DNA of 64,000 nt from Neoechinorhynchus agilis (GCA_051530055.1 CM121343.1:7100389-7164388); one strand, 5' to 3'; counted from the first letter of the stretch, positions 1 through 11,558 are shown. Numbers and translations: made by a program. The notes: a model not told the origin generated them from the letters alone.

Positions 1-289
1 TTTTGCCACAATCACATAAGATCGAGTGTCAATATTTTTTTACGAACTCCAATGCCTAAAATCCAACGAATTTTTCATGATCTATTATTGGAAGCACATT
101 AATCGTGGGTTTGAAAATAATCCATGAATCTTCTTTACGGCGCGAAAAATATCCTTTTTTGATACGTACACCATATACGATTGGGATTTTACGGATAATC
201 TTTTCAAATAGACATAGAACACTGGATGATTTCATCTTCGTGTAGAGAGATAAGGAAACTTTCCGCTAAACTCAAACGAATATAATAAT

Positions 290-1700
290 ACGTTTATTGT
301 TAAAAAATACAAAGAATAGGAGCACCCATGTACCTTTGGATCCTCATAAGCATGCTCCAAGTCGGGGATGTCCGTTCGTGTGGTTATATTTGGTCGGGGC
401 AAAACAAAGCTGAAGTAAAATTTGTAGAGATCGGGTGAAGAGATTCCTAAATGTCAGAGACGTTTGAGGAGATAAGTTTTAAAGGTGTTGTGCTTGAGGG
501 GAAAGGGTGATGTGCGAGTCCCATTTCAAGTTTGATTGAAATTGGATACCCAGAATCCTTAGGGAAGTTATTCGTAGGATGTCATTTAGAAGCTCAGGGA
601 ATGATGTGCGGTTCCAGGAGAGAGGGGATCATTTCGAAGCATTTAGAGAAATTCAGGTGGAGTTTGTGATTGGTGCCGAAATCTTTTGTGTGATTTCGTT
701 AGAGGTTAGGGCGAGGTGGTGAATGGGTGATGAGGGTGATATCGTCGGCGTACGGGAGGAATTTAGAGTGAGAGGAGAGAGGTTTAAAGTCGTTTAGCAA
801 AATATTAAAGAAAAGTGGTGACAGCACAGCACCTTGAGGTACGCCTTTGGTGCGGGATAGACAGATTGAGGAGGTAGAAGAGCAGTGAATGTATTGTTTG
901 CGATTGTGAAGATAAAATTCGAGCCCGCGGATCTCCCACAAGTTGAGACCAAAATCGGAGCAGGAATGAATGGTCCACTGAGTCGAAATCTTTAGATAAA
1001 TCACGTTGAATGAGACGGGTGACGTAGGAGAGATTATGGTCGAGGTTGCGTAGGAGCGTGTCATAAATGCAAAGTAGGACATCGGCTGCAGAAAATTTGG
1101 GCCGGAAGCCAAATTGTAGGGGCGATAACGTTTCGTGGAGAAGTGAAAGAAGGCGAGATTTAAAACATTTTTCGATGATTTTTGAAAGACCGGGTGGAAT
1201 GGAAATTGGACGGAATGATTCAGCCGAAACGGGATGCCCTTTTTTTGGAACGAGTAAAACTTTGGCAGTTTTGAGGCATGAGGGGTTGATGCCATATAAA
1301 AAGCTGCTATTTATAATGAGGGTGAGAGGGTCGATAAGTTCGGAGATGTTGTAGCCAAGAGCATAGTTTGGAATTTCGGATTGAGAGGACGAAATTCGAG
1401 ATGCCCGAACGAATTTTAGAGGAAAAGAAGTTTTTTCGGCCAACAAGCATTTTGTTAGATAGTACGGGGATAGTCAGGGGATTGATTGAGAAAGGCAGTA
1501 GATTATTAATTTTGAAGGCGTTTAAAGATGGGGGTTATCCATGGAGGGTCGCCCTTGGAGATCCTAATGAATTTCTTGAGAATTGCCGAAGTTAGGGATT
1601 TTTTTATGATTGAGGTTAGGGACGACATTGCCAAGGAAGGGTCATTTGTGTTGTCAGAGTAGAATGTGCGAATATTAGAGTTGAACAATTTTAGAAAATG
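290..1700 (-). mobile_element. Decayed non-LTR retrotransposon (CR1/L2/jockey group), RT fragments and 3' end
   Basis: Frameshifted RT motifs in ORFs 805-1446 and 699-1295: FRPISIPPGLSKIIEK, LSPLQFGFRPKFS, DLSKDFDSVDH, GVPQGAVLSPLFFNILLND, YADD; family 3' hairpin at about 323-345. Confidence 0.9.
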
Positions 1701-1797
1701 TTAAGCCTGCAAAAAATAACCACTAATTCCCACCGGAACGCAACCCAACCGGATATTCTCAAACGAACGGACACTTTTCTCGGCCGAAAGAGCCTCG

Positions 1798-1846
1798 GTC
1801 ATGTTTTATTGCCACACGTTGTGGGCGTGTGGCAATAAAACATGAC
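1798..1846. repeat. Perfect 21-bp-stem hairpin, 7-nt loop
   Basis: GTCATGTTTTATTGCCACACG ttgtggg CGTGTGGCAATAAAACATGAC. Confidence 0.95.
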
Positions 1847-1919
1847 AACCTTCCCCGGCTATATAGTCCCACCCTAATAGACATCCCTTCGACCAGATAT
1901 TACCACCTGAATGGACATC

Positions 1920-2310
1920 CCTCATACCAGATATTCCCATCTTAACGGATGCGCTTTTTTTAACAATTGTGAACTCGAATGCATATAAGGACCCAAAGGT
2001 ACATGGGTCCTCCTATTATTTCTTTGCATTCTTCTACAATAAAAAGTGTTATAATTATTATGATCACGTTTATCCCAGACGGGTAAACGGGGAGATTTCG
2101 TACGTTGAGGTGGGATGGAGGGAGTAATAAGGGCAGAAGAGTGGTCGGAGTTTGCGTGGGCAGGAAGTTTAGAGGCGGATGAGTAACCGTCGATATTTGT
2201 GAACACTCTGTCAAGGTTAAGGTCAAGACGAGTTGGAAAGTCAAGTAGTTGACGCAACTCGGAGAAGGGTAGAAGAGGAAATAGATTATTGAAGTCCCTT
2301 GCAATTAAGA
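1920..2310 (-). mobile_element. LINE AP-endonuclease fragment, with a LINE 3' tail in opposite orientation at 1985-2045
   Basis: FPTRLDLNLDRVFTN...ANSDHS resembles the APE C-terminal motifs; hairpin GGACCC-N10-GGGTCC at 1989-2010 followed by AATAAA. Confidence 0.7.
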
Positions 2311-2371
2311 AATGTAGTAGTTACACCGTAGCTACGAAACATAAAAGCGTTCAAGATCATTTTATGGAAAT

Positions 2372-3105
2372 TTAAGTAACGTCCACGTACAAGGAAGTAC
2401 ATCCAGCGATCGGACATTTCTTTTGTTTTTGTCCAGTATATAATAGCTTACCACAATCCCGATGGAATCGATGACTGCAACTTAATCCATGATTTAAATC
2501 CTCACTCGCCTTCATTCGACATTGACATATTGGGCATATCGAACGTTCGATTCTTACAATCTCAATGATATCATTCATTTCATCTTCCTCGACCATTTTA
2601 AGAGCACGCTCTGCAACTTCTTTTCTCATCATAAGCCAATCGTGCTTCAAGAAAGTTTGCAATCGCATCACGTTTTCCAATTTAGTTTCATCATCCATAC
2701 TCTCGTCGATAGTTGCATCTTGTTGATTAATAATCTGCCTTATTAGCAAATCAGCACTCAACAAAGCAAAATTCTCAAAGACTTCCTTGTATGCAATATT
2801 ACTCGAACGCCTATCTTGGAACTCACCATGCGCCTTCCTTGGACCAGAGGAAAATGCCTATTACGGAACGGGATTCATTGTGGAGGCAGCTGTAAGCAGT
2901 TTTCAACTTTGTCTCCTTTGGAGCGGAGATTTGTGGACCATTAGATAGTCGGCGCTGAACCTGATGGGTGATAATTAAAGAAGTATGAGGATTACCACGA
3001 AGGATTATCGCGTGGCAGCATCCTTCCGCCAGAATATTGCAACCCAACGAGCTAATACCGCCAGCGTAAGGATGACTGCGGCGCTGAATTAGTTTTTGCT
3101 GCCAT
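2372..3105 (-). CDS. RING-domain protein (RING-H2 pattern with Nse2/Mms21-like flanks), multi-exon
   Basis: Last exon 2857-2372 follows AG acceptor; CPIC..CSHRFHRDC..CPIAGC; GT-AG introns 2938-2858 and 2995-2961; start at ATG 2941, or at ATG 3105 if the hairpin insert 3007-3090 is removed. Confidence 0.65.
3007..3090 (-). other. Candidate TA-bounded hairpin insert (84 nt) in RING gene
   Basis: ATTA direct repeats 3004-3007 and 3088-3091; stem 3010-3029 pairs with 3064-3084; contains in-frame TAG. Confidence 0.45.
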
Positions 3106-3135
3106 TAAAATGTATTGTGGTCGCCAAATTTGCTA

Positions 3136-3378
3136 TTAAAGCACATTAAACTTATTATCTAGAGCTTCTAAGACCTTTTTTACAACCAGTAAATTTTTAA
3201 ATGTCTCTCTTTGCTTCATAATTGATTCCGATAATGTCTTCTTACTTTGTGGATCAATATCTTTAACTTTCGGTGAGTCCACAAAACGCAGAGCCATTCT
3301 GCTATATCGGTCGACAAAGTTTGCACAGTCAGTTGCAACACTAATGCCCTGTTGGTTTATGGAATCGCCTATGGTCAT
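3136..3378 (-). CDS. Hypothetical 80-aa protein
   Basis: True ATG preceded by pyrimidine-rich tttcag acceptor; no recognisable domain. Confidence 0.45.
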   Translation of the reverse strand: MTIGDSINQQGISVATDCANFVDRYSRMALRFVDSPKVKDIDPQSKKTLSESIMKQRETFKNLLVVKKVLEALDNKFNVL

Positions 3379-3662
3379 ATCTGAAAGGAGAAATGTTTAT
3401 TTTAAAAGAACAAATTATAAGTTTTAAAGTTCAAGAAGTAATTGGAAGGCTGTAGGAGTTTAATCGACTTTCTTAGTATCCTAAGAGCAAAAGCGGCCGA
3501 ACTAACAAAAGTAGTTCAAAGTTTCTAGAGCACAAAAAAGCGAGTAAACGACGAATTAGTTTAATCGGCTTAAACATTTGTTAGAATACTTCATTTCAAA
3601 AAAGATTTGAAATTCATTGTGTGCGTACTTATTGGAGTGGCACAAAGTTCGGTCCAATTGAA

Positions 3663-4041
3663 CTATCCATAGAGTGCATGAAGTACCGGGATTCTGCCGA
3701 TCGCACGGCCTGATCTATCTGATAGACTTGGCACCACGTCCCGTTCAATGTCCATCTTTTGTCTTTTACAGTGTTCAATGCAGAAAGGATTAAATTGGGT
3801 AAATGCGCGTTTTAGCTTCTCAAAGTCGTTTTGTTGCGCATGAGCCAATAATCCCAGTTCAATATAAGCACAATCGCATGCTCGGATTCTGTTGATGCTT
3901 AAAGCCGAAAGCGAATCGTGGTGTTCGGTCCAACAACTCAAAGCTAAAATGAAGGAGTGCCGGGTTCAAAGAGGCTGGCTATCAACTCCGAGGCTATGAT
4001 GACTTACAACAATAAATCCAAACGTAGATAAAGAATCGCAT
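3663..4041 (-). CDS. Small secreted cysteine-containing peptide precursor (2 exons: 4041-4008, 3943-3663)
   Basis: GTAAGT...TTTTAG intron joins MRFFIYVWIYC to SLSCWTEHH; hydrophobic N-terminus, two KR sites, C-terminal Gly. Confidence 0.55.
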
Positions 4042-4764
4042 TTTTAGATTCGGAAGCAACGAGTATTTTTTTCTAGTAAGCGTGGATTCGATTGGTGCTG
4101 GCAGCTATAGCAAAAACAGAATCGACTATAGATACCACCGTTGAACTAGTCGTTATAACAACATGCTTTTCACCCCAAATTGATCCATGAGAAGACCGTT
4201 AAACTACAGTTTACAAACAGACGGAACTATTATAGTCCATAAAAATGGAACGACCCAATGCCACCTTCCGCCGCCGCCACCGCATCCTAGACACCTAATC
4301 GTGTAATTATCGATGTGCAACTTGCCGAATATTTAATCGCCCAGCAACAAATGGTACGTTGGTACCAGTATCCAGAAAATGACTTTCATGGACTTTCGCA
4401 ATCGAAACAATGGAGCTTTTGCTTCCTTTCAAATGGAAAAACAAGGGAAGACGACGAAGATGGACCAATCGGACAATCAATATGGTTTGATGGAAAGTAA
4501 CGATTGAACAATATCGGCCGCATGGAAACCATCGACATGGAACACAACTCATCGATGACTGCCTCGAAAGGTCCAGGCTGACAACGAAAGAACTAAATGC
4601 CGGACTTTACAAGTTCGGCTAATTTTTGAGTTGGGATGGTGCTGTTGAATCACTTGAATAACGTTTCAAAGTTCGATTTTGCCCTTCGAATAACATGAAC
4701 GGTCTTCATTTCTCGCCAATATTGTGACTGATTGAATTTGCCCCGTTTTTGCTAAACTTTATAG

Positions 4765-5244
4765 ATGACGACGGGTATTGGATATTCGGCTGACACTCCC
4801 ATGCCGGCATTCCGGTTTGAATCCGATAACATGAAAGACCTATCATCGTTCTCGGCGTTCAATGATCTCGATTCGATTTCCGGTTCACTAAAGTGCAATT
4901 ATTTCCTGGGGAAGAGACTGGCCTCGGTTAGAGCAAAGCTTGGTCGGACGTCGGATCTGTTGGCTCGACTTTATGCGACTCTTACGATTTGTACTGCTTC
5001 GCAATTTAGCAGAACATCTTTGAAACACGATCCGTGTACTTCAGATCTATCTTCAAAGCTAAAACATCGAGTTAGAAAAGTCAGAAAAGTGTTTTTTAGA
5101 AACGTTGAAGATAGCTTAGACAACTTAAGGATGAAAATTTCGTTTGCAATTCAACAAGCCTGCGCGGATACTACAAAGGCGGCGAGCTCTCACCTCCTTC
5201 GCGTTCAATATGCGCCCTTAAATCCTGCTGCGTTGATTCTTTAA
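4765..5244 (+). CDS. Hypothetical 159-aa protein (single exon or terminal exon)
   Basis: Open frame directly after ctttatag acceptor; no recognisable domain. Confidence 0.5.
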   Translation: MTTGIGYSADTPMPAFRFESDNMKDLSSFSAFNDLDSISGSLKCNYFLGKRLASVRAKLGRTSDLLARLYATLTICTASQFSRTSLKHDPCTSDLSSKLKHRVRKVRKVFFRNVEDSLDNLRMKISFAIQQACADTTKAASSHLLRVQYAPLNPAALIL

Positions 5245-6058
5245 TTGTGTTGAAATTCGTAGCCTTTGTTTATAAAAATTAACGATTAAATGGATTTGAC
5301 CAACAAAAAAGACCCAAAATGTACGGTTGAGCACGAAGTTGGTTTGTTTTCAAAAAACAAATTCTTAAAAAACAGCGAAAATTAAAATTTCAGGACTTTT
5401 GAGATCAACTTCTAAACTACCTGCGCTTCGATGAACCTCATCAGTTTTCAAAAAAATTTTAGAATGTATTCGTCCGAAAAATCCTATTTGGTGAATCCTC
5501 ATAAGCCATCAGGAAATAATACACTCATTGTTTTTCTATAATATTGATATTAAAACATTGTTTGCGGTCGATTTTCTGTAAAATTTGGTAATTAGATAAA
5601 ATTCTAATAAGGACATAAATTAGGATCAACCGATTATTTCGATGAGAAAAGTGCCTATGTAGAATCAACGAACAATACGTGGACCCACGTTGTCGCGACG
5701 AAGGTCGGTGGATACGGCGAGATTAAGAGACGTTAAACCGGACAATAAGAATCGCAAAAATTCAATTTCAACCGTACGAGCAAATCAGCGTAAGGACAAA
5801 TCCGCTGGATCGACTATGGTGGGATTGCGTAAGGCGCGTGTAGTTCAATCGGACAACTTATTTAGTATGCGTCTGAGGAGTAGAGAAAAGAGCCACGAAA
5901 CTGCAAGACAGATATAGAAAGACGTTTGGGGAATCAGAATCAATTGCATGAAAAGGAAGAACAAATAAACAGTATTTCGGCCCATTGGTGCTGACGGTTA
6001 CAAATTTAAGAACAGATTTTAATCGATTTTGACGCCTATGCGAAATCGGTTTATAGGC

Positions 6059-6307
6059 ATTGAACAAAATTCATGTTTGTTTATATCCTGGGGAAAATTA
6101 AAAGAATTTATTGATTCCAGTTGTTTTTGGAGGCACAATCTTGTATGTCTTTTGATCAACGTTGCTTCTAAGTTACCAGCTTAAATAGTAGAAAAACTTA
6201 CAACCTTGATCAAAAAGCGTACAAGATTGTGCGTCCGAAACCAATCGGATTCAATAAATTCTTTTAATTTTTCACCGGCATATAAACAAACATGAATTTT
6301 GTTCAAT
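6059..6307. mobile_element. Foldback/MITE-like element with about 100-bp inverted arms
   Basis: ATTGAACAAAATTCATGTTTGTTTATAT...ATATAAACAAACATGAATTTTGTTCAAT; arms related to the 172-bp satellite. Confidence 0.8.
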
Positions 6308-6315
6308 CTTTTCAG

Positions 6316-6774
6316 AAAATCGATAATTTCTAAAATATTAAAACAATTAAATGTAGCGATTTGCAAATTATCGGGGGTTCCACTTAAATGTGTGGACAAG
6401 AGTAATAGAATATTTGATTGAAAACAAACTTTGACCAAGATTGTTCACAAGTCCATTTCGGTCAAATATCCACGATGAATCATGGCGGATTTTTTTTGAA
6501 GATTAAGGAGTTAAAAAGAGTTCTAAGGAGCGTGAGAATCACAGTCGAAAGTCTACCTGTCGTGACTGAGAGTCTTCTTTTGATAAATATTGAGGACGAC
6601 GTTATTGTGACTGATAAAAGAGTCGATATTTATCGAGATGGCCTGGAAGGGAACAAAGCAAAAGTTTCCCTCCAACGACCTGTTGCTGGCCTAAACACAC
6701 TCAGGGAGGCTGGTCTCCGCCTACGTGAGTTTGACGATCCCGAGTCAAAACGGAAACAATCTTGTGTGTTGTGA
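6316..6774 (+). CDS. 3' part of an unknown gene, split by hairpin insert 6413-6468
   Basis: Frame opens after cttttcag acceptor, stops at TGA 6419 inside the insert and continues in another frame to 6774; removal of 56 nt fuses ...KSNRI-STMNHGG... Confidence 0.45.
6413..6468 (+). other. Candidate TA-bounded hairpin insert (56 nt)
   Basis: AATAT direct repeats; 14-bp stem 6410-6423 with 6456-6469 including two G-T pairs. Confidence 0.5.
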
Positions 6775-7655
6775 CGAATCCCTCTGTAATTTTAGATTGA
6801 ATTTGAAAATGACTGATTCAATCAGTCGAAATCTATACCATCGTCCTCAAGGACCTCCCTCGGGTATCGACAAGCGACCTAAACAATAACATATCTTTCA
6901 AAAGAACTGATTCTGGAACTTGCCAAACAATAATTTCATTTTTAACCTAAAATCTCATCGGCGAGATTTAAGTCCCGTCAATCCGATCGCTTAATCCACC
7001 TATCGACCACTACGATGGACCACACCGGTAAATCAAAGAATGATTGATTTTCACGACCCTCCTTTTGGTTCAAACTTACACCGAAAGAAGGATCTTATTC
7101 TTTCCATGATTTTGCCAACGTTCATTTTCTTCGCATCGCAATCTAATTTAAATTCTATAAAAATAAATCCCTACTTAAAAAATTTGTGTCATATAAAAAA
7201 AATTGAAACTTATATCTTTTAAAAAAATCTATCTCTCTAAACAAACAACAAAAATTTATTCATAGAGAATTGTCGTCGGGGGATGTTTTTCCCCCGGATT
7301 GTTGATGGTGTTGATCATTTATTTTAAAATATTTCGCAAGCTTTTTGCTTACCTCTTTAATTCTTTTGCAAGTTTTTAAATATTCGAGACTATTTTCAAA
7401 AACATTTATTATAAAGGCGCAAATTTATTTTTTAATTTGTGCTTTAAATTATAACTATAAGTGTCATTTTTTTCTTGAATTAAAATTATAAATTCGATTT
7501 AGTTCGTTATTCCTCGCTGAATGAATATACCGCTAAAATGTTAACATTTTAGAAGCTGTATTGTTGGAATGTAATTCATTTTTAGTACACTGATTGCTCG
7601 CTTTTATCGAATTAAGAAGCGGCCCATTGTATTATTTAAGCGTGTAATTGTTTTT

Positions 7656-8420
7656 ATGGCGGAAAAATTAAAAGAATTTATCAAGTCCGATATTTCGGCG
7701 CAAGATTGTACCTTTATCAAGATAACTTTACGTTTCTTCAATTTTTTCGCTATTAAAACAACATGAACAATTCAATATTCAAACATTATCAGTATTTATT
7801 TGAATATTGAACTATTCATGTTTTTATATGGCGGAAAAATTAAAAGAATTTATCAAGTCCGATATTTCGGCACAAGATTGAACCTTTATCAAGATAACTT
7901 TACGTTTCTTCAATTTTTTTCGCTATTAAAACAACATGAACAATTCAATATTCAAACATTATCAGTATTTATTTGAATATTGAACTATTCATGTTTTTAT
8001 GGCGGAAAAATTAAAAGAATTTATCAAGTCCGATATTTCGGCGCAAGATTGTACCTTTATCAAGATAACTTTACGTTTCTTCAATTTTTTCGCTATTAAA
8101 ACAACATGAACAATTCAATATTCAAACATTATCAGTATTTATTTGAATATTGAACTATTCATGTTTTTATATGGCGGAAAAATTAAAAGAATTTATCAAG
8201 TCCGATATTTCGGCGCAAGATTGTACCTTTATCAAGATAACTTTACGTTTCTTCAATATTTTCGCTATTAAAACAACATGAACAATTCAATATTCAAACA
8301 TTATCAGTTTTTGTTTCAATATTGAACTACTCATGTTTTTATATGGCGGAAAAATTAAAAGAACTTACCAATTCCGATATTTCGGCAATAAATTCTCTTA
8401 ATTTTCCGTCATATAAAAAA
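7656..8420. repeat. 172-bp tandem repeat, about 4.4 units, each built of two hairpins
   Basis: ATGGCGGAAAAATTAAAAGAA starts at 7656, 7828, 7999, 8171, 8343. Confidence 0.95.
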
Positions 8421-8556
8421 ATCATTATTAATTATATCGAGAGAGGTGAATATAATCCCGGTTACAAATCATTTTATTTTGGAACTAGTCAGTAATATTT
8501 GCAATTCGACAATCATTACACACGCTAACACTCATCTTTGATTTATTGTGTTCTAG

Positions 8557-9915
8557 ATGAAAAGCATACTTCGATTTGTCTTATTCAAATGGCCATTTAA
8601 AATGCCAAATCGTTGGAGTTATAATGAACCGGATGCAGTAATCATGAATGCTCGATGCACCATTTTCGCCTATGCAGTTGCTGCCTTTACTATGTCCATA
8701 ACAATAAGGCGAATTGTTCCTTTGATCGTTAACCTCATGATTCTAACTATTCCCATAGTTATCCCAACTGTGTTTATGATATTACTATTCCTCTTAAAAC
8801 ACCGAACTTTAAAACTGTTGAGCGAAATTAAATGGTTGACTACATTTTATTCAATAGAAAAGCAAGCCGATTCATCGGAAATGGACAACATCGTCAAGAA
8901 TCTCATCGACAAGGTTCAATCTCTTCTCCATAATCATGGTGTCGTCAACAAAAACCAAAAACCTTACAAATATGTTTCACAAGTGCCACCAAGCGAGTGC
9001 CTTAATCATCGCCTAAATCAAACATGCAATATTGATCTTCTAGTCATGTCAAAATGCCAACTCGTCGAATTATACCATTTTCTTGTACTCGGAACGATCA
9101 TTGATAATGTTAGTCCTAAAAGTATACTTAAATGTCTATACTGTGCCATCCACGTAATTGAACAGGCCGCGAGCGAGTTAGCCATTTTAAGGATAAAGCA
9201 AGCATTTCCATCGCCTCTTTTAATTCCCAAATTTTCGCGGAATTCATCGCATTTGGCTAGACTTGTTGTCAGAGCACAAATAAAAAGTTTCAAGGCGTAT
9301 AAAAAGGCTCTTGAGCTTCCATTGGATCGCATCGACACAGATAAAATAAATAACTTCCACAGTTCACTAGTGGAAGCTTTTAGTGCTTGTTCCGCAATTA
9401 CGCCGAGCTTAAAGGAACACGACGTTAGTCCAAAGGAACCTTGTGTATTTTTAAAGATAAAAGATTCATTTGAAACATCCATCGATGATAGAATGATATC
9501 TAGTCAAAACGAAGAATGTCATGTTCAGATCCGTGATGATGTTTTCGTCAGCAATCAATGTGACTCAATAGTCGATAGTAATGTTCCAATCACGCCACCA
9601 TTGATAAATAAAGCTATCGATGTTGAAGCGAAGGAGGAACACAAACGTTCTTACAAGGTTGTAATGGATGAACTTAATTCTGCACTCGATAAGACTGATT
9701 GGGAGGAGCGGGAGAATGCGATTTTAAAGGAGAAATTCAACTTACGATTGAATGATTTTGATAACTCAATTGTTTGCAATGAAGGTACTTCAGAAATCCG
9801 AACCGTAGAAGACATCTCTGATTTTCAGAGAATGGCACTTTTAACTTCGGAACTGAAGAACGTTTTGGCTTTAAGGAAGAAGCAATTGCCACTTTCGGCT
9901 CTAAGTGAAGAATGA
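8557..9915 (+). CDS. 452-aa single-exon protein with N-terminal hydrophobic segments, vezatin-like (tentative)
   Basis: Long ORF; two hydrophobic stretches near N-terminus; YVSQVPPSEC, VMDELNSAL and LTSELKNVL recall vezatin motifs (from memory). Confidence 0.45.
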   Translation: MKSILRFVLFKWPFKMPNRWSYNEPDAVIMNARCTIFAYAVAAFTMSITIRRIVPLIVNLMILTIPIVIPTVFMILLFLLKHRTLKLLSEIKWLTTFYSIEKQADSSEMDNIVKNLIDKVQSLLHNHGVVNKNQKPYKYVSQVPPSECLNHRLNQTCNIDLLVMSKCQLVELYHFLVLGTIIDNVSPKSILKCLYCAIHVIEQAASELAILRIKQAFPSPLLIPKFSRNSSHLARLVVRAQIKSFKAYKKALELPLDRIDTDKINNFHSSLVEAFSACSAITPSLKEHDVSPKEPCVFLKIKDSFETSIDDRMISSQNEECHVQIRDDVFVSNQCDSIVDSNVPITPPLINKAIDVEAKEEHKRSYKVVMDELNSALDKTDWEERENAILKEKFNLRLNDFDNSIVCNEGTSEIRTVEDISDFQRMALLTSELKNVLALRKKQLPLSALSEE

Positions 9916-10099
9916 AAGTCGGTCTACGCAAAGTGTTAATGACATGAAATTAAATCATGTTAATTTTAACGTTCAAAGTTATTTAGTCAATTTAAAAACG
10001 GCACTTATAATTCTTACAGTGATTGAAAGTATTTGTTTCGTGTATTGTGTTTATTAAGAAAAAAAGTTTATTGGTCGTGTCTGTCACGGGAAGGTCTTT

Positions 10100-10480
10100 T
10101 AGTATTTGGCACACTCAATCCAAGTTCTAAATGTGATTATAATAAGGAATAACTCAACTGGGTGGATCGGGGCACTTGATAGAGAACATCAGGAAATATA
10201 GATCTCTAAAACCCGATTCATCACTTTTATAAGTGAATTTTCAAAGCTAACCTCGTCTGCGGATGGGGAAGCAATTGGTTAAATTTGTTATTTAGGTCTT
10301 CACTCGGTAGAAAACGTTTTACTAAAGACGTGTCGAACCTCGTCGGATTCAACATCAGTTTGTTTATTTGTAATAGACGCCCGCCGGATTTATCCTTCTC
10401 ACGTATTTCTCTCTCGAGAGAGGTCGCGGTTCCCTCGACAATCAATTTATCCTGTTTGATGCAATCCACCCATCATTTCT
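10100..10480 (-). mobile_element. Degenerate repeat, probably Penelope-like RT N-terminal remnant
   Basis: 10300-10380 is homologous to about 13930-14005 inside GBE1 insert 2; DKSGG..INKLMLNPTRF resembles the region following the ADKG motif. Confidence 0.3.
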
Positions 10481-11558
10481 TCGGCCTTCCTCATCGGCGA
10501 TTTCCCGTTATTTCCAGTTTCTCCGTGCTGCGCAGTATGTGATCTGCTTCGCACTTCGAAACTTTATCGTGCCAATGCAATCTTTTTTGGACGATCAACT
10601 CTGAACAGCGGCAAGTGCCGAACCACGCGAAGAAATTGCGCGTCGCATATAGGAGACGCCTTAGTCCTTTGGTTGATTCGGTTGTTGGTTGTCATTTGGG
10701 TCAAAATTTGACAAGAATTTTACAGCCGGATGCCTTTATTGACGACAACCCTCCACTTTTTCAGCCTAAATTCACTAATTTAATTCCCCGGTATTTCACC
10801 TCTCTTATAATTCCGACATTTCATCAAGGTTTTTTTAATTTAAAACGCAAACATTAAAATAGAGACTGACTTTTATTAATTCTCAATATTTCGTCCGTTT
10901 CGTCTGACTTCTTGGGGTCGTAAATTGTTTTAATACAAGAGAGAAAGTTTTCGCTAATGGTGTCTCATTGCGAAAAGCAACTTAACTTTCTCTCTCTGAA
11001 AAAAAAATCGAATTTTATTTTCGTCGAATTCAAACAATCTGTTTTAAGCACACTCACTACCTCCCGCCAAATTCCAGCTTTTGTCCTTCCTCGACCGTCG
11101 GGCCATCACGCTGGCAGCATTGCCTCGTTGTACTTCCAGCGAGATATTTTGTCGAAGGAATACGCCTGCTCTTGAGTCTCCGGTTCTCAATTTCTTCGAG
11201 AGATCCCGGAGCAGAGTGCCGAGCGCTCCATACGTCTCTACCCCAAAGGGGACAAAATAGTGAACCCTCGATATTTCTCTCTCTTATATCGAAACAATTT
11301 GAATTACGAAGAAGTCCGACGAGACGGACGAAATATTGAGAATTAATAAAAGTCAGTTCCTGCGGACTGGTTCTTATCGGGCACCACTGCTTTTTCAAAG
11401 GCAATTGAGTGCAATTATCAAGATGCCAACAAATTTATCCTTTGAAAAGATATTCTCTGATATGTTGGATAAATGCGACAATCCGAGTGGCATGAAAGAA
11501 TGCTTGGAAATAAGTTGCGATGTGGGTTTGTTGCACGATTGTTCGTTTTTTCTAGAAG

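Noticed and set aside
4120-4155. CGACTA/TAGTCG hairpin as another insert
   Set aside because: Only a 6-bp stem, no matching TA repeat on both sides, no frame restored.
4246-4620. Plus-strand gene upstream of 4765
   Set aside because: Short open frames could not be joined by canonical or hairpin junctions, and no homology was recognised.
7656-8420. Regular repeat array as CRISPR
   Set aside because: Units are fully repeated with no unique spacers; eukaryotic context; no cas genes.
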